Origin: Balamuthia mandrillaris
Lineage: Eukaryota
Direction of reading: 5' to 3'
Length of the DNA stretch: 64,000 nt
Assembly (NCBI GenBank): GCA_031835245.2
Contig: JAVKOQ020000020.1
Span: 124,001 to 188,000, forward strand
This document shows positions 10,701 through 27,600 of the stretch, in pieces. Position 1 is the stretch's first letter; each line of letters starts with the position of its first letter. The notes beneath the pieces were generated by a model that was given only the letters and a program-made list of their open reading frames with translations, had not been told where the DNA came from and searched no databases. A program made the position numbers and the translations under genes.

Positions 10701-13700
10701 TGTGCTCTTCTTCTAGTTCACTTGCTTCTGGCGCATTCTTCTCTTTCTTCTGAGCAGGTCCTTTTGCTTCATTGTTCGCAGTGTGTTCTTCCTGTCTTTT
10801 TCTCTTATTGTCGTTCTTATCTTCCGTTGGCGCTTCACCTTCCGCAGCGAAACTAAATTCCAAATTGTTTGTCTTGAGGTCTTCTTCGTCTATTAATTGC
10901 TGCTGCTTAGCTTTCTGCACTTCTTCCTTTTTAGTCTCTTCTTTCTTTTCCTTCCTGACAGGCTGAGCCATGGTCTCGAACGTACAAACGTTTGTTTCTG
11001 CTTTCTCATCTTGTCGCTTTTGTTCTTCTTTAGCTTGTGATGCACTTTTTTCCAAATCTAAGGCAATCTTGTTCCGCATCTCTTCTTCTTCTCGTTGTTC
11101 TTCCTTCTCCAACAAGCTGATCACTTTCGACAACGGCGAAGAACAGGAAAGCAAGCGCTTCTTATGAGGCAAACTCGGGTTAAATGGAACGCTCGCTTCT
11201 AGTTTTTCCCGTTGTTGTTCTCTTTGTCGTTGATGCTGTTGCAGCTTTTGTTGAAGCTGCTGAGGAAACGATTGAGACGAAGGTTGGTGCGAAGAGCTGA
11301 TCTTTGCTTTAGAAGGCGAAGAGGCGGAGCGTGAGGAAGAACGCAAAGAGGAAGCAGACGTAGAAGAAGAAGAAGCATGTGGCAGATTTAAGGATTCCCA
11401 AAAGTCATCCACGTCCTTCACCGCTTGATCCAACTTGGCGATAGTGGAGATTCTTGATGGTGCTGAGAGCTGGACATTTAAAGGATTGTGAGCTTTTGTC
11501 GGTTGTTGATGATGGTGAGCGGAAGGATAATGAAGTGATGAAGGTGAAGGAACTGAGGGCGTATTTCTTGAATAAGCAGTCGCAGAGGCGGATAAAGAAT
11601 GCTTTGTTGCTTGTTCCTCAACTGAAGGTTTAGTAATACGAGAAGACGAAGTTGACGATGAAGATGACGGTGAAGAGGAGTGAAATAGTTCATACTGTTG
11701 CTGAAGTTGTTTTTGTTGAGCTGGCGTTGGAGGTAGCAGCGGATACGAAGCGAGAGAAGGCGGAGCGGGAGAAGCAGCAGGAGAAGAAGGGGAGGAGGAT
11801 GAATAGCCGTACGGCAGTTCGACTGAAGATCTCGGGGATGAATGAACAACGGAGGGAGATTTTGAAGGGTATTGGGGTTGTGGCAAAGGTGGTTGGTGTT
11901 GTGGGGCATGGGGAGAAAGAGAATGTTTTTGATGAGGAGAATATTGGTGAGATGGAGTGTGACCATCATGCACATAATGTGGTTGCTGTTGGAGATACTT
12001 GTCCATGCTCCCCTTTGCCTGGAGGTGTTGATCTTCTAAAGAGCGACTTGCCCGTTCTCGTTCTCCTTTCCTTTTTCTCTTTTCTGTTGCCTCACGCAAA
12101 AAAGCGGAAGAAACGTCGGGGGACAAGGCAACACTCGGAAGACGGCTAGAGTACGAAGCCGCCTCAGCTGCCACTGCTGTCATATGCCTCGATGTTGAAA
12201 CAAGAGATGAAGTATCAGATATCGCAGCAGCAGTGGCGCAGGCACTGGGAATAGAAGGAGAGGCAGAAGAGGGAAGCCGATGTCGTTGATGTTGAGGCTG
12301 ATGCGGATGCGGATGTGAAGGAGGTTGTTGGTGAGGATGAGGATAAGGCGGTGGCGGAAAACGATGATGAGGTAGAGAATGAGAAGGCAGTTGTGGGGAA
12401 TGGTGGTGTTGATGGTGAGGGTCAGCCGGAGGAAAATTATTATGGTCATAGTGTTGGCGGTGAGGAGGCGGCGGCGGAGGGTAATAAAGAGCTTGTTGTG
12501 GCGCATTGGAATAGGCAGCAGAAGCGATAGTGTTACCTTGGTGCACTCGTTTGGGTTTTCGGGTGTATGAGTGTGAAGAAGGTTCAAAGTAGGGCTGACG
12601 ATAAGCGTCGTTGTCTTGAGGAACACTGGCGTTGCTCATCGGGTAGTGTGCCATTTTTTCTGGTGATGGAGATTTCGGTTTTGGTCTGCCAGGAAAAGGA
12701 ACTGGAGGAAGAGGAAGAGAGGAAGTGGAGGAAACACTGGGAACAAAGTACGGACTGTCGAACGCGCTCCTCATTATAGGCGATGAGGAGGCGTGGGCAT
12801 GTGCTCCGGAGTTTCGCTGCTCCTTTTTTCCCTTGTCATCTATCATGTTGGGGCCTTCCTTCTTTTCGCGCTTCTCTTTCTTTGCTCTGGCCGCCTCCCC
12901 TATTTCTCTAATCAGCGCTTCCTCCTTTCCTTTCACGTCCTCCTCGCCTTGGGGGTGCCTCTTTCTTATTGCCGCTGCTGTCGATGTCAGCGTCTCCTCC
13001 TTTTCTCTCGCCATCTCCTCACCATCTCCACGGGATCGTTCTCCCGTGAAGAGGAGAGGCTGACAGGAGGCGTGGTGCGGCTGCTCTTGCCCTTTAAGGG
13101 GCGGAACTTGACAAGTTGAACCACGGGAGGAAGCGGTGCTTCCTCCTCCTCCTCCATCTCCTCCTCCTCCGATAGGAGAACTGCTTCCATCGTTGTTGTC
13201 GTTGTCGTGGAGGGCAGCGTTGTCAATTGGTGACACGTCGCGATTCGTTGGGGCCAACAACCATGACATGCCGTGATGATGATGGAAAGTGTCGGGCGGA
13301 ACCCCGGCGGCGGCGGTGGCTGTTGTGCGGCTTTTGGCTGCCCTTTCGTGCGCCTCCTCTGGATCGAAAGTGCCCGGCTCGGCGGCGGTGGAGGTGGTGG
13401 GGGAGTGTGGGCGAGATAACGAGGGAGCAGAGGAGCGCTCCGGTCGCTCGGCAACGTTTGTCATCGTAGAAGCAGAAGCAGAAGGAGAGGAAGGAGAAGG
13501 GGAGGAGGAGATGGTGCGCTGGAGTGGCAGCGATGAGGAGGTCACGTTGTCGCATGCTCTTGGCGTTCTGTCCGTGTCCTCTCCCTCTTCCTCTTCTACA
13601 TCCAGGACGAGCACTTTGGGAGAGCGAGAGAAGGAGTGAGTGGTGGAGGGCGGAGAGGGAGAGAGGGAGGAGGTCTTTATGGAAGAAGGGGGGAAGGGGG

Positions 13701-14664
13701 AAGAGGGGGAGGAGGCAGAGGCGGAGGAAGGCGAAGAGGAGGAACCCGCTCCTCCATCCTCACCTCCTATTATTTCCTCCAGTTTCCTCTTTGTGGGAGA
13801 CGAAGAAGCAGACAACGAAGAGAATGAAGAAGAAGAGGTGGAGGAGGTGTCAGCGGTCCGTTCTACTTCTTGTTCTTCTTCATCATCTCTAGGAATCACT
13901 TCCATCTGAGCGTCAGCCCTCTTCTTCGTTATTGTTGTTTCGTTGTTGTTGTTGTCAGTGTCGTCGTCGTCGCGGTAAGGCCTCCAAACGACTTCCTCTT
14001 TCGTGTGCTCATCTCTCTCCAAACGGACCCGCATCGGGTAGGCTGTCATGTCTACATACAAAGGGAGAGAGAGAGAGAGAGAGAGAGAGGTGAGAGTTTG
14101 TTTTTCGTTGAAGTGATGAGTAAAGAAGAAAAGAAATCAACAAAAAAAAGAGAGGGAGAGAGAGATTTTGGGGAAAACGGATGACAAGGACGTACGAATC
14201 ACATCAAACACGTTCTCAGCCTCCCACTCGACCGGAGCCAGCTGCTCGCAGGGTGTTCCTCCCTTGGCACCGCCCCCGCTCGTTCTCCTCCTTCCTCCCG
14301 TTCTGGCCCTTCCTCTCCCGCTCCCGCTGGCCTCTTCCGCCCTCCCTCCCGCGCTCTTCTCCGCTTCCGCTCCTCCTCCTCCTCCTCCCTCTTTCTTGGT
14401 GGCCTTGGCGTTGATCTTGGAGAAGACTTGGTCCACGAGGGCGCGCTCGTTGTAGGTGGTCACCTTGGAGCGTCGCTCCCGACGGGGCCGCTCCTCCTTT
14501 TGCATCGCTCGATAGAGGTTCAGCGCCAACTCTTTGTCCTTCTTCAACAACAAGTCGGGCCTGGCCGCTTCTTCCTGAGGTCGAGTTTGCCCTTCATCTT
14601 CTTGTTGTTGTGGTTGTGGTGGTTGTTCTTGGCTCGTTTCTTCCGACTGCGCATCGCTTTGCAT
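7705..14664 (-). CDS. MT-A70 family N6-adenine methyltransferase (AMT1/MTA1 clade, AMT2/5-like) with long low-complexity N-terminus and four C-terminal ZZ-type zinc fingers
   Basis: Spliced FINCDVRYYNMAALGKFDVVLIDPPW (catalytic DPPW), GFLFLWVINSQ, WGYTYVDRITWVKKTPNNNIAISQGYYLLHSSEICLIGVK, SRKPDQLY, KIEIFARNHNLRPGWLSLGNQL; ZZ fingers CDMC..RYK..CDLCKLC, CDGC..RFHCDECDDCDLC, CMGC..RFECLCCNSLSLC, CGVHPIGEVQFKCKSCMHYDLCKRC. Confidence 0.88.
8134..8278. repeat. (GAGAAA)n hexamer microsatellite inside an intron of the methyltransferase gene
   Basis: Direct reading of tandem gagaaa units. Confidence 0.95.
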
Positions 14665-15409
14665 CGATCAAAAAAAAAAAAAAAAGACAACAGTAATCTT
14701 TTTTTTTTGTGCTTCTTCGTTCGGAGTTTGTGTTGCTGCGTGCGGTTTGCTCTGATCAGACGGATAGGAAGGGTCGATCAAAAAAAACAAAAGAAGTGTG
14801 TGTGTGTGTGGTGTATGTGTTGCAACCAGCAAAGAGCTCCACTTATGCTTGGTTATTAGGCTTTCTTGCTCTGTCTCTTTCTCTTTCAACTGTATAAAAA
14901 AAAATTGACAAAAAAGAGTCTTTTTTGTCCTCTCTTTCTGCTGCAAGCCAACAACAACTGCAAGAACAAGAATACAAAGACTCTCCTTCCTTCGGCAACA
15001 ACAACCGTGGTGTTTGTTTGCTTCTCTCTCTCTCTCTATGCTGCCGCAACTATGCAACCAGCGCCACGGATGGATGATGAAAGGGAAAAAAATAATAATA
15101 AATGTGAAGCAGAGCGAAACAGAAAACGACACTCTGAAAGAGAAAGTTAACCGGGTTTCCTAACTGCACCACTCTCTCTCGGTATCTTTCGGGGGGGAGG
15201 AGCGTGGGGGCGTGGTTAGTTCCGCCGCAATAATTATTTGAACAGTGTTCCCATGAATGATGCTCTCTTTTTATTTGAACCTCGCATTCCGTGCTTCGCC
15301 TGTCTTTCTTTTTCAGTGTTCGGTGCCACCACTTCTCTTTTCTTCTTCTTCTTTTTGTTTATCTTTTGTTTGTTGTTAACTTGAACCTTGGTGTACCTCT
15401 TCCTCCTTC

Positions 15410-18545
<3,136 letters not shown>

Positions 18546-18656
18546 GTTCCCCCCCTCAACAACAGTTTATTATTATTTATTTTTTTTTTTTGCTTGTTTC
18601 TATTTTCTTGTTTCTATTTTCTTGTTGTGCGGTTGGCGAAAGAGAATTTTTTTTTT

Positions 18657-18667
18657 TTGGCGGGAAA
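18657..18667 (-). promoter_or_regulatory. E2F-like site (TTTCCCGCCAA on minus strand) about 110 bp upstream of the MCM5 start
   Basis: Plus strand TTGGCGGGAAA matches the reverse complement of the TTTSSCGC E2F consensus; MCM genes are classic E2F targets. Confidence 0.5.
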
Positions 18668-18987
18668 CGCAGCTAACAAATTTTGTCGACTTTTTCGTGT
18701 CGACCCACAGAAAAATAGCCCAAAACAAACATAAAAGGATCGACAAAGAGAGAGACTATGTTTTTGTTTTTCATTCGCGTTTTACAAGGAGAAGAAGGAA
18801 AAAGAGTGCTTCCGTTCCAGAATGCCTGAAGCGTCGCAAGGTAAGGACACAACAATTGAGGAGTCATGGGTTTTTCCACAGAGACAAAGGGAATAACGTG
18901 ACGTGTTATCTTGGTTTGTCTGCTCCTGCGACGGCGGGCTTACACTATTGTACCAAAGCATTTTTTTTTGTCTTTCTGTGGAAAAGG

Positions 18988-21900
18988 TTAAGGGCGAAGG
19001 GTGGTGCACATGGCGCATTTCGTGGCGCTTGGAGCGTTGAGAAAGGTGCACGCCGCACAGGCCCACTCCTCTTGAGATGCTGACGAAGAGGAAAGAGGCG
19101 GATACTGGATGTGAGAAGGGTGAGGATGAGGGAAACCAGGCGGAGCAGAGCGGACAGAAGGGGCAGAAGAAGTGGCAGCAGGGATAGGCAACAACCGCCC
19201 TGCCTCGCTGTTACGTTCCCACTCCTCTTCGCCATCATCATCCAACGAGGACCAATCGGAACGTACATCGAAGTCTTCACCTCCTTCCTGTTCTTTGTTA
19301 TTGTTGCGTTTACCATCTTCGTCCTCTCCTCCTCTAAAGAAGAGCCGGTCGTTGTTGCTGGTTTGTTCTTCATCTCCCCAAACGTCTTCAGAAGAAGACA
19401 TTGCAGAAGACTTGCTATTGGCACTACCCCAAACGCTGTTCTTAGTGATGTCCGCGAAAGATGTTTCTGTTGTCGCTGCTCCTGATGACAGGACATCAAA
19501 TGGATTGGGGTAGACCTCTTTCCAGTCTTTCTTCGGTTGTTGCTTCTGCCACACGTTTGCACTATTAGTTGTTTTCGTTTTCACTGAAGAAGAAGCAGAA
19601 GAGGACGAGTCGGAAGAAGACGTCGAATGAAGCAACTGCCTTTGCTCCAACCAAGGATTCTTTGGCACGCGGTAGGGTTTGATGGAGAACATGCCGCCTC
19701 CACCAGCGTTCTTTCCCGCTCCCAACGCATCCAAAGCGGCGGAGAACGTTTGGGGGTCGGTAAACACAGCCAAAGCGTTGTAGTCATCAATCCAGCGGAG
19801 ATGATACTCTCCTTCAAATGGAGAAAGAAAGGCCACAAGATGCTCCGTTCGAATGTTGGGATTGAGATCGTAAATGTGAAGTGTACAAGAAGAGGAATCA
19901 TCGGAGGATGAGGGGGAGGATGGTGGTTCGTTCCATGGTGTTGATGAGGAGGAAGAGGAGTCATGAGTGGCGGAGGTGGTAGATAAGGATGGAGAGGCAA
20001 GAACGGCGGAGAGGAGTATGGCGGGAGTTCGGGAGTCGACTGTCTTGGAGACCATGACGTAGCGTCTTGGCTCTTCATCATAGGAGGTGGAATAGAGCTT
20101 GTAGACATTGGACATCTCGTGGATGAGGTGACGCAGCGGCTTTTTCATAGGCGGAAAGGTATACTTCCATCCTCTATTTTGTTGTTGTGAGATGATTAGT
20201 ACCCAATTACAAATTTTTTTAAAAAAAAAGCACACACACATAAAACACAAAACGAAGATAAACGTACTTTCTGTCATCCAACAGTTGTTGAAAAATGCGT
20301 TCGATTTTTTGAACAGCGGCCATGCCGTTTATCCTGCCCAAGCCGACAATCTCCTCCGTGTAATAGGAAGGGATGGCCGGCCGTTCTTTTGCGTCTCTGC
20401 TGGCAAAGGCCTCCGCAATGCGTTGGTTGCGTTTCTCTCGCTCGCAGGTCTCTGTGCAGGTCAGCTGTCGCTTGTCCTTTTTACCTTCCTCATCTAACTC
20501 TTCTACGTCGTAGATACCTCCTCGTCCACAAGTTACTTCCATCGATCGACGACCGCATGGACAATAGATGCGACTCTGTTTTTTGTTTTTAAAAGGATAG
20601 AGATATTAATACACGATTATCAAGAGAGAGAGAGAGAGAGAGAGAGAGATAGGCGCACCATTTCTTGGCAAACGGTATCAGGGCAAGGGGTAAAAGGGTG
20701 GCAGGCGTGTTGGCAGGTGTGAATGCAGCTCTTTCTTGGGGCACCGCACTTTTGGCCACAAGAATACTTCTCCTTTGGTTCTTCTTCCGTCGCAGACGGT
20801 GATGCAGCCATCTTGCCTTCACCTTCGTTTTCCTCTGTTTCTTTTTCTTTTTCGTCCTCTTGAGTATCTTCTGTTGCACTCTGTTTCTCTGATGATCGTT
20901 GCTTTTCTCTTTCCTTTTCTTTGCCTTTGCCTTGTTGCTCATCATCCGCAGAAACAGATGAAGAAGAAGCAGTGGCTGGCTTTTGCACGCATTCATCCTT
21001 ATGGCACATTCGATTGCAAGTATGCAGACCACAAGGTAGAGGCTTGCCACAAATGCCTCCGCAGGAAATGTCCTTCACATGACAAGGAATATTTGGCAGC
21101 TGCTTGTGCCGCCCCATGCACCATACCGTTCCTAGCACCGTACAAGGAGGGCAGGGCTCGTCGAGAGGATGGCAACGATGGGAGGGCAAGGGGTGTCCAC
21201 AGGATGAAGTCAGAGAACAAGGGTGAGGACACTCAGGAGGTCGTGTGCCGCAAGGAATGGGAGGGGACATGGCCGTCTTGCCGCAGGTGCAAAAGAGCTC
21301 AGTAAAGGAGGCTTGCAGGCACGGAGGACATCGTCCCTTGTGGCAAAGGAGCTCGCAGCGGTGGATGCCGCACTTGAGCTTCTTGTTGCAGGGCAGCTTG
21401 CAGACATGAACACCGCCCATATCGTCATCGCCAACACTGGCAGCAGCGGGGCAGCATCTTGTGGTGCATTGATGACGGCCGCAGTTACGCATTTTCTTGC
21501 ACATTCTGTCGCATTTGAACACGAATGATGAAGATGACGATGATGACGATGGGCTGTTGCTTCCGTCTTCGTTTTGAGCACTATCATGGATGTAGTTGGA
21601 GGAAGACGCAGCCGACGAAGAAGATGGAGGAGGATAAACTTGAACGCAGGGAAATTTCTTCTTGGAACTGCCACAGCGACACCGAACGACGACCTTGCCT
21701 GTGCACTCGGAACAAGGGCCATTATGACAGGTCTGGGCGCAGGTGTGAATGCCGCAGCGCAGCTTCTTGTTGCACTTATCTGAGCAGGTAGGAATAGGAT
21801 CCAAGCAAGTTACTCTCGGTGGGCCGAAGAAGAGCAGGTCGTTGGCACCACAAGGGCACGTTATCACGTTCAGAGGAAGCAAAGGGCACTCTGGGCAAGG

Positions 21901-23634
21901 TCCCGTGTGGCATTTCTCCTGGCATCGATGGTTCCCACAAGCAAGAAGGCGGTTGCATACATCGCCGCAGGAAAAGTGTCGCTCCACATTTCGCTCTTCG
22001 TCTTCGTCTTGGTCGACAACAGGCTGGTCGTCCACAAGCTGCGTGCCACAAAGACGCTCCTGTCCGACTACTTTGCCGCAGTAGCAGTTCTGAGGAAACG
22101 TTCGTTGACATGAAGGGCAAGGACCAGCATGACAGACCTCTTGGCATCGGTGACGACCGCAACTCAACAGCTTGTCGCAGACACGACCACAGCTGCGACC
22201 AGGATCCAAGGCGCCGCATCCCAACTGATATTCCTCTGCTCCACAATGGCAACGATAGGTGGGACCAGGACGAGGGCATGGAGGGCAGGGACCAGGATGG
22301 CACTTGAGGTCGCAAGGGTGAGGGCAGGTGCTGGTAGGGCCGTAACGGGGTTTGAGGCAGGCCTCATCGCAGCTGTGGGGGATGGCATAAGGGTTTGCCT
22401 CTGGCTCCACAAACTTGCCACAGAAGCACCGAAACTCGGGCCACTCCTCGGTTTCTTTGTTGCAGTGAGGGCATCTCCATGATTCCATTGATGACGAGGA
22501 CGAGGAAGAAGAGGAAGAGGATGAAGACGAGGAAGGAGTGATAAGAAGAGTATTGTGAGCAGAAGGAGAGTGATGAGAAGAGGCCTCCTTCTTATTTTCC
22601 TTGGACTTGCGGCTCCACTTGCGAATGCAGCCCAAATGGAACATGGCATAGCAACTCTTGCAGTGCCAAATGGGAGCGTGACGGCGGATGGTTTCCGTGC
22701 AGACCATGCACTCGTAGCTGTTGGTCATGAGAGCGTCGATCAACTCGGCGGCGAGGTCGCTGTGTTGGGCCTTGGCCGACGTTATCAGTGCCAAACGTTT
22801 ACCTTTGCTGAGTTTGATGTTGTTGTTGTTGTTGTTACGACTGTTTTGTTGTGCTGGCTTGTTGTTAGACGAGCCGCTCCGTCGTCCTGTCTCACTCTCT
22901 TCGCCGTCACGTCTCCGGTTATTGGGACGACCATTCTTTTTGTTGCTGTTATTGGAGCTCTTCTCAGAGGAAAGAGCAGGGGCTTCGTCTCCATTTTCCT
23001 CCGCTTTTTCATTTTTATCTTGTCTTCCTCTTCTGCTACGTGTTCTATTATTCCCTCGATTTGAGCTACTGCCTCCTCTCCCTCCTCTAGCTGCCTGTGA
23101 GCGGCTTGTGCTGTTACTGTTGTGGCCCTCTTCACTCGCTTCCGATCCATCTCCCTCTCCATTCATCATCGTTCCATTGGTAGTAGAGCCAGGACAGGTT
23201 GCATTGGTATCCGCTCGTACACCGCTTCCTTTGCCTCCTCTTCCACCGCCTCCACCTCTATTGCCGCGACCTCCTCTTGCTCCTCCTCTACCCGATCGCT
23301 CCCTTCCATTCTGTTGGGTAGAGCTTCGGCTGCTGCCGCTGCTCACGTTTGACCCTCCTCCATCGCCATCTTGAGTAGTTCCACTTGCGGAAGAAGAAGA
23401 GGAGGAGGAGGAGGAAGTGCCGTTGTTGTTATTTTGCCGTTGGTTCTTTGGGACAAAGACTCGTCCAGTGTATTGAAGCTTACCACCGCGTTTTTTGTTG
23501 GAGGAGGAAGACGAAGACGAAGATCTCTCGTTGTTATTGTCGAGACGACTGGTACCGATGCTGCTGACGGATTGAGCCCAAAAGTCGTTTGGCTGCGAAG
23601 AATGATGCTGAAGTTCAGCTGTTTCCGCCGACAT
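18988..23634 (-). CDS. NFX1: NF-X1-type zinc finger protein (RING/PHD-like, NF-X1 finger repeats, R3H, RRM-like, RanBP2-type finger)
   Basis: YECMVCTETIRRHAPIWHCKSCYAMFHLGCIRKW, repeated CGxHxCxxxCHxGPCxxC, R3H-like FPPMKKPLRHLIHEMSNVYKLYSTSYDEEPRRYV, LRWIDDYNALAVF, C-terminal WACAACTFLNAPSATKCAMC. Confidence 0.9.
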
Positions 23635-24689
23635 GGAAGGTTGGGACGAACTAGGAACCGATGAAGAGCCGAACAAGGTAGCAGCTGTGGCTGTCGCCAG
23701 TGTAGGGTTTTTTTGTACAAAAAATAATCTCTCCTCTTGGCCAGAGGTCCAACAAAGAATTGTTTTTCTTCTGTCCTTGTTTTAATCTGAATCGAAACAC
23801 AAAAAAAAAGTGAAAAAAAAAAAACGATGCCGGGCCAAAAAAAAAAAAGGAACTTGTTGAGTGTGTGGGTGTTCACTCAAAGAAAACGAAAAAAAAAACG
23901 AGGTGGTGGTTTCTGCTAGCTTTTTGTGCCTGTCTTTTCTGCGATCTGTTCCAGAAAAATTATGTTTTTTATTTATTTTTTTTCCTCATTGTTTCCTGAT
24001 TTTGTCGACGATAAATAAAAAATGGCACTCCGGGACCCATTTTATACCTAGCGCCATGGACGTGGGTTTTATATGGCGGAAAGTTCCAAACCTTTTATTT
24101 ATCCGAAGAATGTAAAAAATGTGAAATATGCGGATTTCTATTCCTCCGGTGTTGATCAGCTAAAGCTGGCGTCAGCTTCGTTCAACGAGGAATTTCACGC
24201 GACCCACTTTGATGACGGGCAGGAAATGTCCTGCCAAAGCGTGCGCACCAAAATAGGATAAGTGGCCATTTTTCTGGAATTTTTTTCGCTCCACTTCTCT
24301 GCGGCTTGCTGTTATCCCAACTTCCAAGAATTTCTGATAAGCCCTTTCCGCTCAGCAACTCCAAATAAAGCAAAGCCATGATGAATGGCAAAGAACGTGA
24401 TTGGAGGGTAAATCAGAATGAAATGCCAAACGCAGGAACCCAATAAACAAAAACCAAGCCAGAATCCGTTTAGTTTCACATTTCTTTCAACAAACACAGG
24501 TTGAAAACAAGAAACACCACAAACCAAGTTTCGTTTTTTTTCTTGCCCGTAACACTCTCAAAACCAACAACAAACAAAGCAGAAACCGTTGATCGTTTTG
24601 TGAGTCGTTCTTTTTGATTTTTGAACTTCCCTCTCTTTTTTTTTTCCTTCCCCTTTTACAACAAACACCTCTTTTACACCTTCTGGGGT

Positions 24690-27600
24690 ATGGGCGCAGA
24701 GGAAGCAGTGAATCCTCGAGACGGCCTTGCCAACGAGTATCTGTACGCACATACCTTACCTAGCGAACAACTCGCGGAGTTTTTTTCTGTCGACCCCGAC
24801 GTCGGCCTCAACCAGGAACAAGTCCAGCAACGCCTCGTAGAATGGGGTCCCAACGAGCTGAAACAGGAAGGGGGCGTCAAGCTCTGGAAGCTCATCTTCC
24901 ACCACACGTTTAACTTCATGATGGGCGTGCTGCTGGTGGCTCTTTGCCTGACCATTGCCACCTTGCAGCCCATTGACTCATCTGTCATTGCTTTCATCAT
25001 GATTGCCGACGTGGTTGTTGGCGTCACACAAGGTCTGTTCTCTTCTCTCTCTCTCTCTCCTATGTGGCTTGTTTCTAGGTTCTCATTTTGTCCTGCAGAA
25101 TACAAGTCAGAAAAGAGCGTGGAAGCTCTGAAGAGCTTGTCCGCACCGTCCGCCATGGTGCTCAGAGAAGGAGCCGAGCTGGAAATCTCCGCCTCCGAGC
25201 TGGTGCCTGGCGACATTGTCCTTCTCATCCAAGGCGACAAAGTTCCTGCAGGTACGTGTGTTTATGTGACACATATTTTTGCTCGTGTTCCCCTTTGCCC
25301 AAGGGTTGACCGGCTGCAACTTTTTTTTTTCCGTTCATTTTTCTTTTTGATCACATATTTTCAATTATTATTGACTATCTGTCAAAAATTCGATTACAAC
25401 GGTCAAATTTTGGTTTTTGATCACATATTTTCATTTATTTTTGACTATCCTTCATCTTTTCAATTTTTTACGTTATTTTGTTATTTTGGAATAATTTTTT
25501 ATTTTTATTTTTTCATATTTTTGTTAATATTAACCAAAAAAAATACTTTATAGATGTGCGTATATGCGACGCGCTGAACCTGGAATGCGAGGAAGGCATT
25601 TTAACCGGAGAGAGCGTGCCGGTCGAGAAGAAGACGGATGCTATCGACAATCAGGACTGCCCCATCGGCGACCGCAAGAACCTGGCCTTCATGAGCACCC
25701 TCGTCACTAAGGGCAAGGGCAAAGGCATTGTCGTCATGACCGGCTCTCGCACCGAACTTGGACAGATTGCCCACGCCGTGGCCAACTCCAAGAAGCAACA
25801 GACCAGCCTTGAGGTTGGTTTCTCCTCTTTCTCGCTCTCATCTTCTCCTTTCCTGCTTCTCTCTGCGGTAGAAAACTAAAAAATCGATAAATAGAAAAAA
25901 ATGACCAGGTTGGGCATGCTATTGGCCGCTGCTGCAGTTGCTTGCATTGGCATTGTGCTTCTGTTCTTGTGGGTACACGACACGGAGGAGCTTTATCCCA
26001 AAGGCCTGACTGTGGCCGTGGCAACATCGGTGGCCCTCCTACCAGAGGCCTTGGTGGCTGTGGTAACTGTCGTGTTGACGCTTGGTGTCAAGGGAATGGC
26101 CCAACAGAACGCATTGGTTCGTAAGATGAACTCCTTGGAGCAACTTGGCAACGTCACAGACATTTGCTCCGATAAGACCGGAACACTTACCCAAGGCAAA
26201 ATGATGGCAACGGAGTTGTGGCTTCCAGAGAAGTCATTCATCATCGACGGCGAGGGCTTCAATCCCAACTCTGGTAATGTCTTCATCAAGCCCAGCGAAG
26301 AGGACGATGCGGACTCCCAACCAAAAGCTGTGGTGGCCTCCATCACCGAAATAGAGGATAAGGACTATCACTTGCATCTTGCCATGCTGGTTTGTTCTCT
26401 TTGTAACTCTTCCGACATCAAGAGGAACGTCAAAGAGGCTGATGACAAAGGTTCTGGCAAGAAGTGGTGGAAGCCATGGACTTGGTGCGGCAGCAAGAAG
26501 GACGGTGCAGAGAAGGAAGGCGATGAGGAAGAAGAAGACGAAGAAACCGAGAGCAATGCCTCCAACCAGGAACAAGCTCAACTAAGAGAAGGAGGAGAGG
26601 GTGCGGTGGTCGAGTGGGTGTCCATCGGTTCTCCTACCGAGTCCGCTCTTGTGGTACTCTCGGCCAAGCTCGGCTACTCTCGCCACCTCCTTAAGGACGA
26701 TTGGCAAACCCTCCAAGAGTTTCCCTTTGACAGCACCGTCAAGAGAATGAGCGTCATTCGTCAGCGAAAGGAGGACAAGTCCGTCTGGCTCTTCACAAAG
26801 GGAGCTCCGGAGCGCATCTTGCCATGGTGCAACTCCATGGTAGAGGATGGAGAGGTCACCAGCGAGTTTGGAGATGAGCAGCTGGAACGCATCAAGACCA
26901 TGAACGAGCAGCTCGCGAGCCAAGGCCTTCGTGTCTTGGCTCTTGCTTACCGTGAGATGACGGACGACTACGAGGGAGAAGAAGATCCACAACTCGACAG
27001 AGAGGACGTGGAGCAGAACCTGACCTTCATTGGGCTTGTTGGCATTCAGGACCCTGCCAGAAAGGGCGTCAAGGAGGCCGTTACTACCTGTCAACGAGCA
27101 GGAATCACCGTGAGAATGCTCACAGGAGATCACTTGTCCACCGCTCTGGCCATTGCCAAGCAGATCGGTATTATCACGGAGGAAGAGGCGGAAAGAGGTC
27201 TGGCCATGACCTCCACCGTCTTTGACAAGATGTCCGAGGAGGAGCTGGATGAGATGGATGAGCTACCGTTGGTCATTGCTAGGTGCAGCCCGGAGAGCAA
27301 GGTCAAGATGGTGAAGCAACTGCATCGTGGAGGCAAAGTGGTGGCCATGACAGGAGATGGTGTTAATGACAGTCCTGCTATCTCTGCCGCTGACATTGGA
27401 ATTGCTATGGGTTTGTTTCTTTCCTTCCTCTCTTTTTTTTAAAATGTAGTTCTAACGTTTTCTGTTTCGTTTAGGTATTGCTGGAACTGATGTAACCAAA
27501 GAAGCTTCCGACATTATTCTTCTAGATGACGATTTTTGTACAATTGCCCGAGCCATTGCCGAAGGCCGCAGAACGTTTGCCAACATCCGAAAGTTCCTTG

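Noticed and set aside
7705..14664. METTL3/IME4 mRNA m6A writer
   Set aside because: Lacks the METTL3 CCCH fingers and the RTGRTGHWLNH motif; has AMT1-clade motifs and ZZ fingers instead
18988..20560. Separate RRM/RanBP2-finger gene or novel NFX1 fusion
   Set aside because: Splices in frame to the NFX1 exons, and R3H plus RRM-like tails are, as far as I recall, present in other NFX1-family proteins
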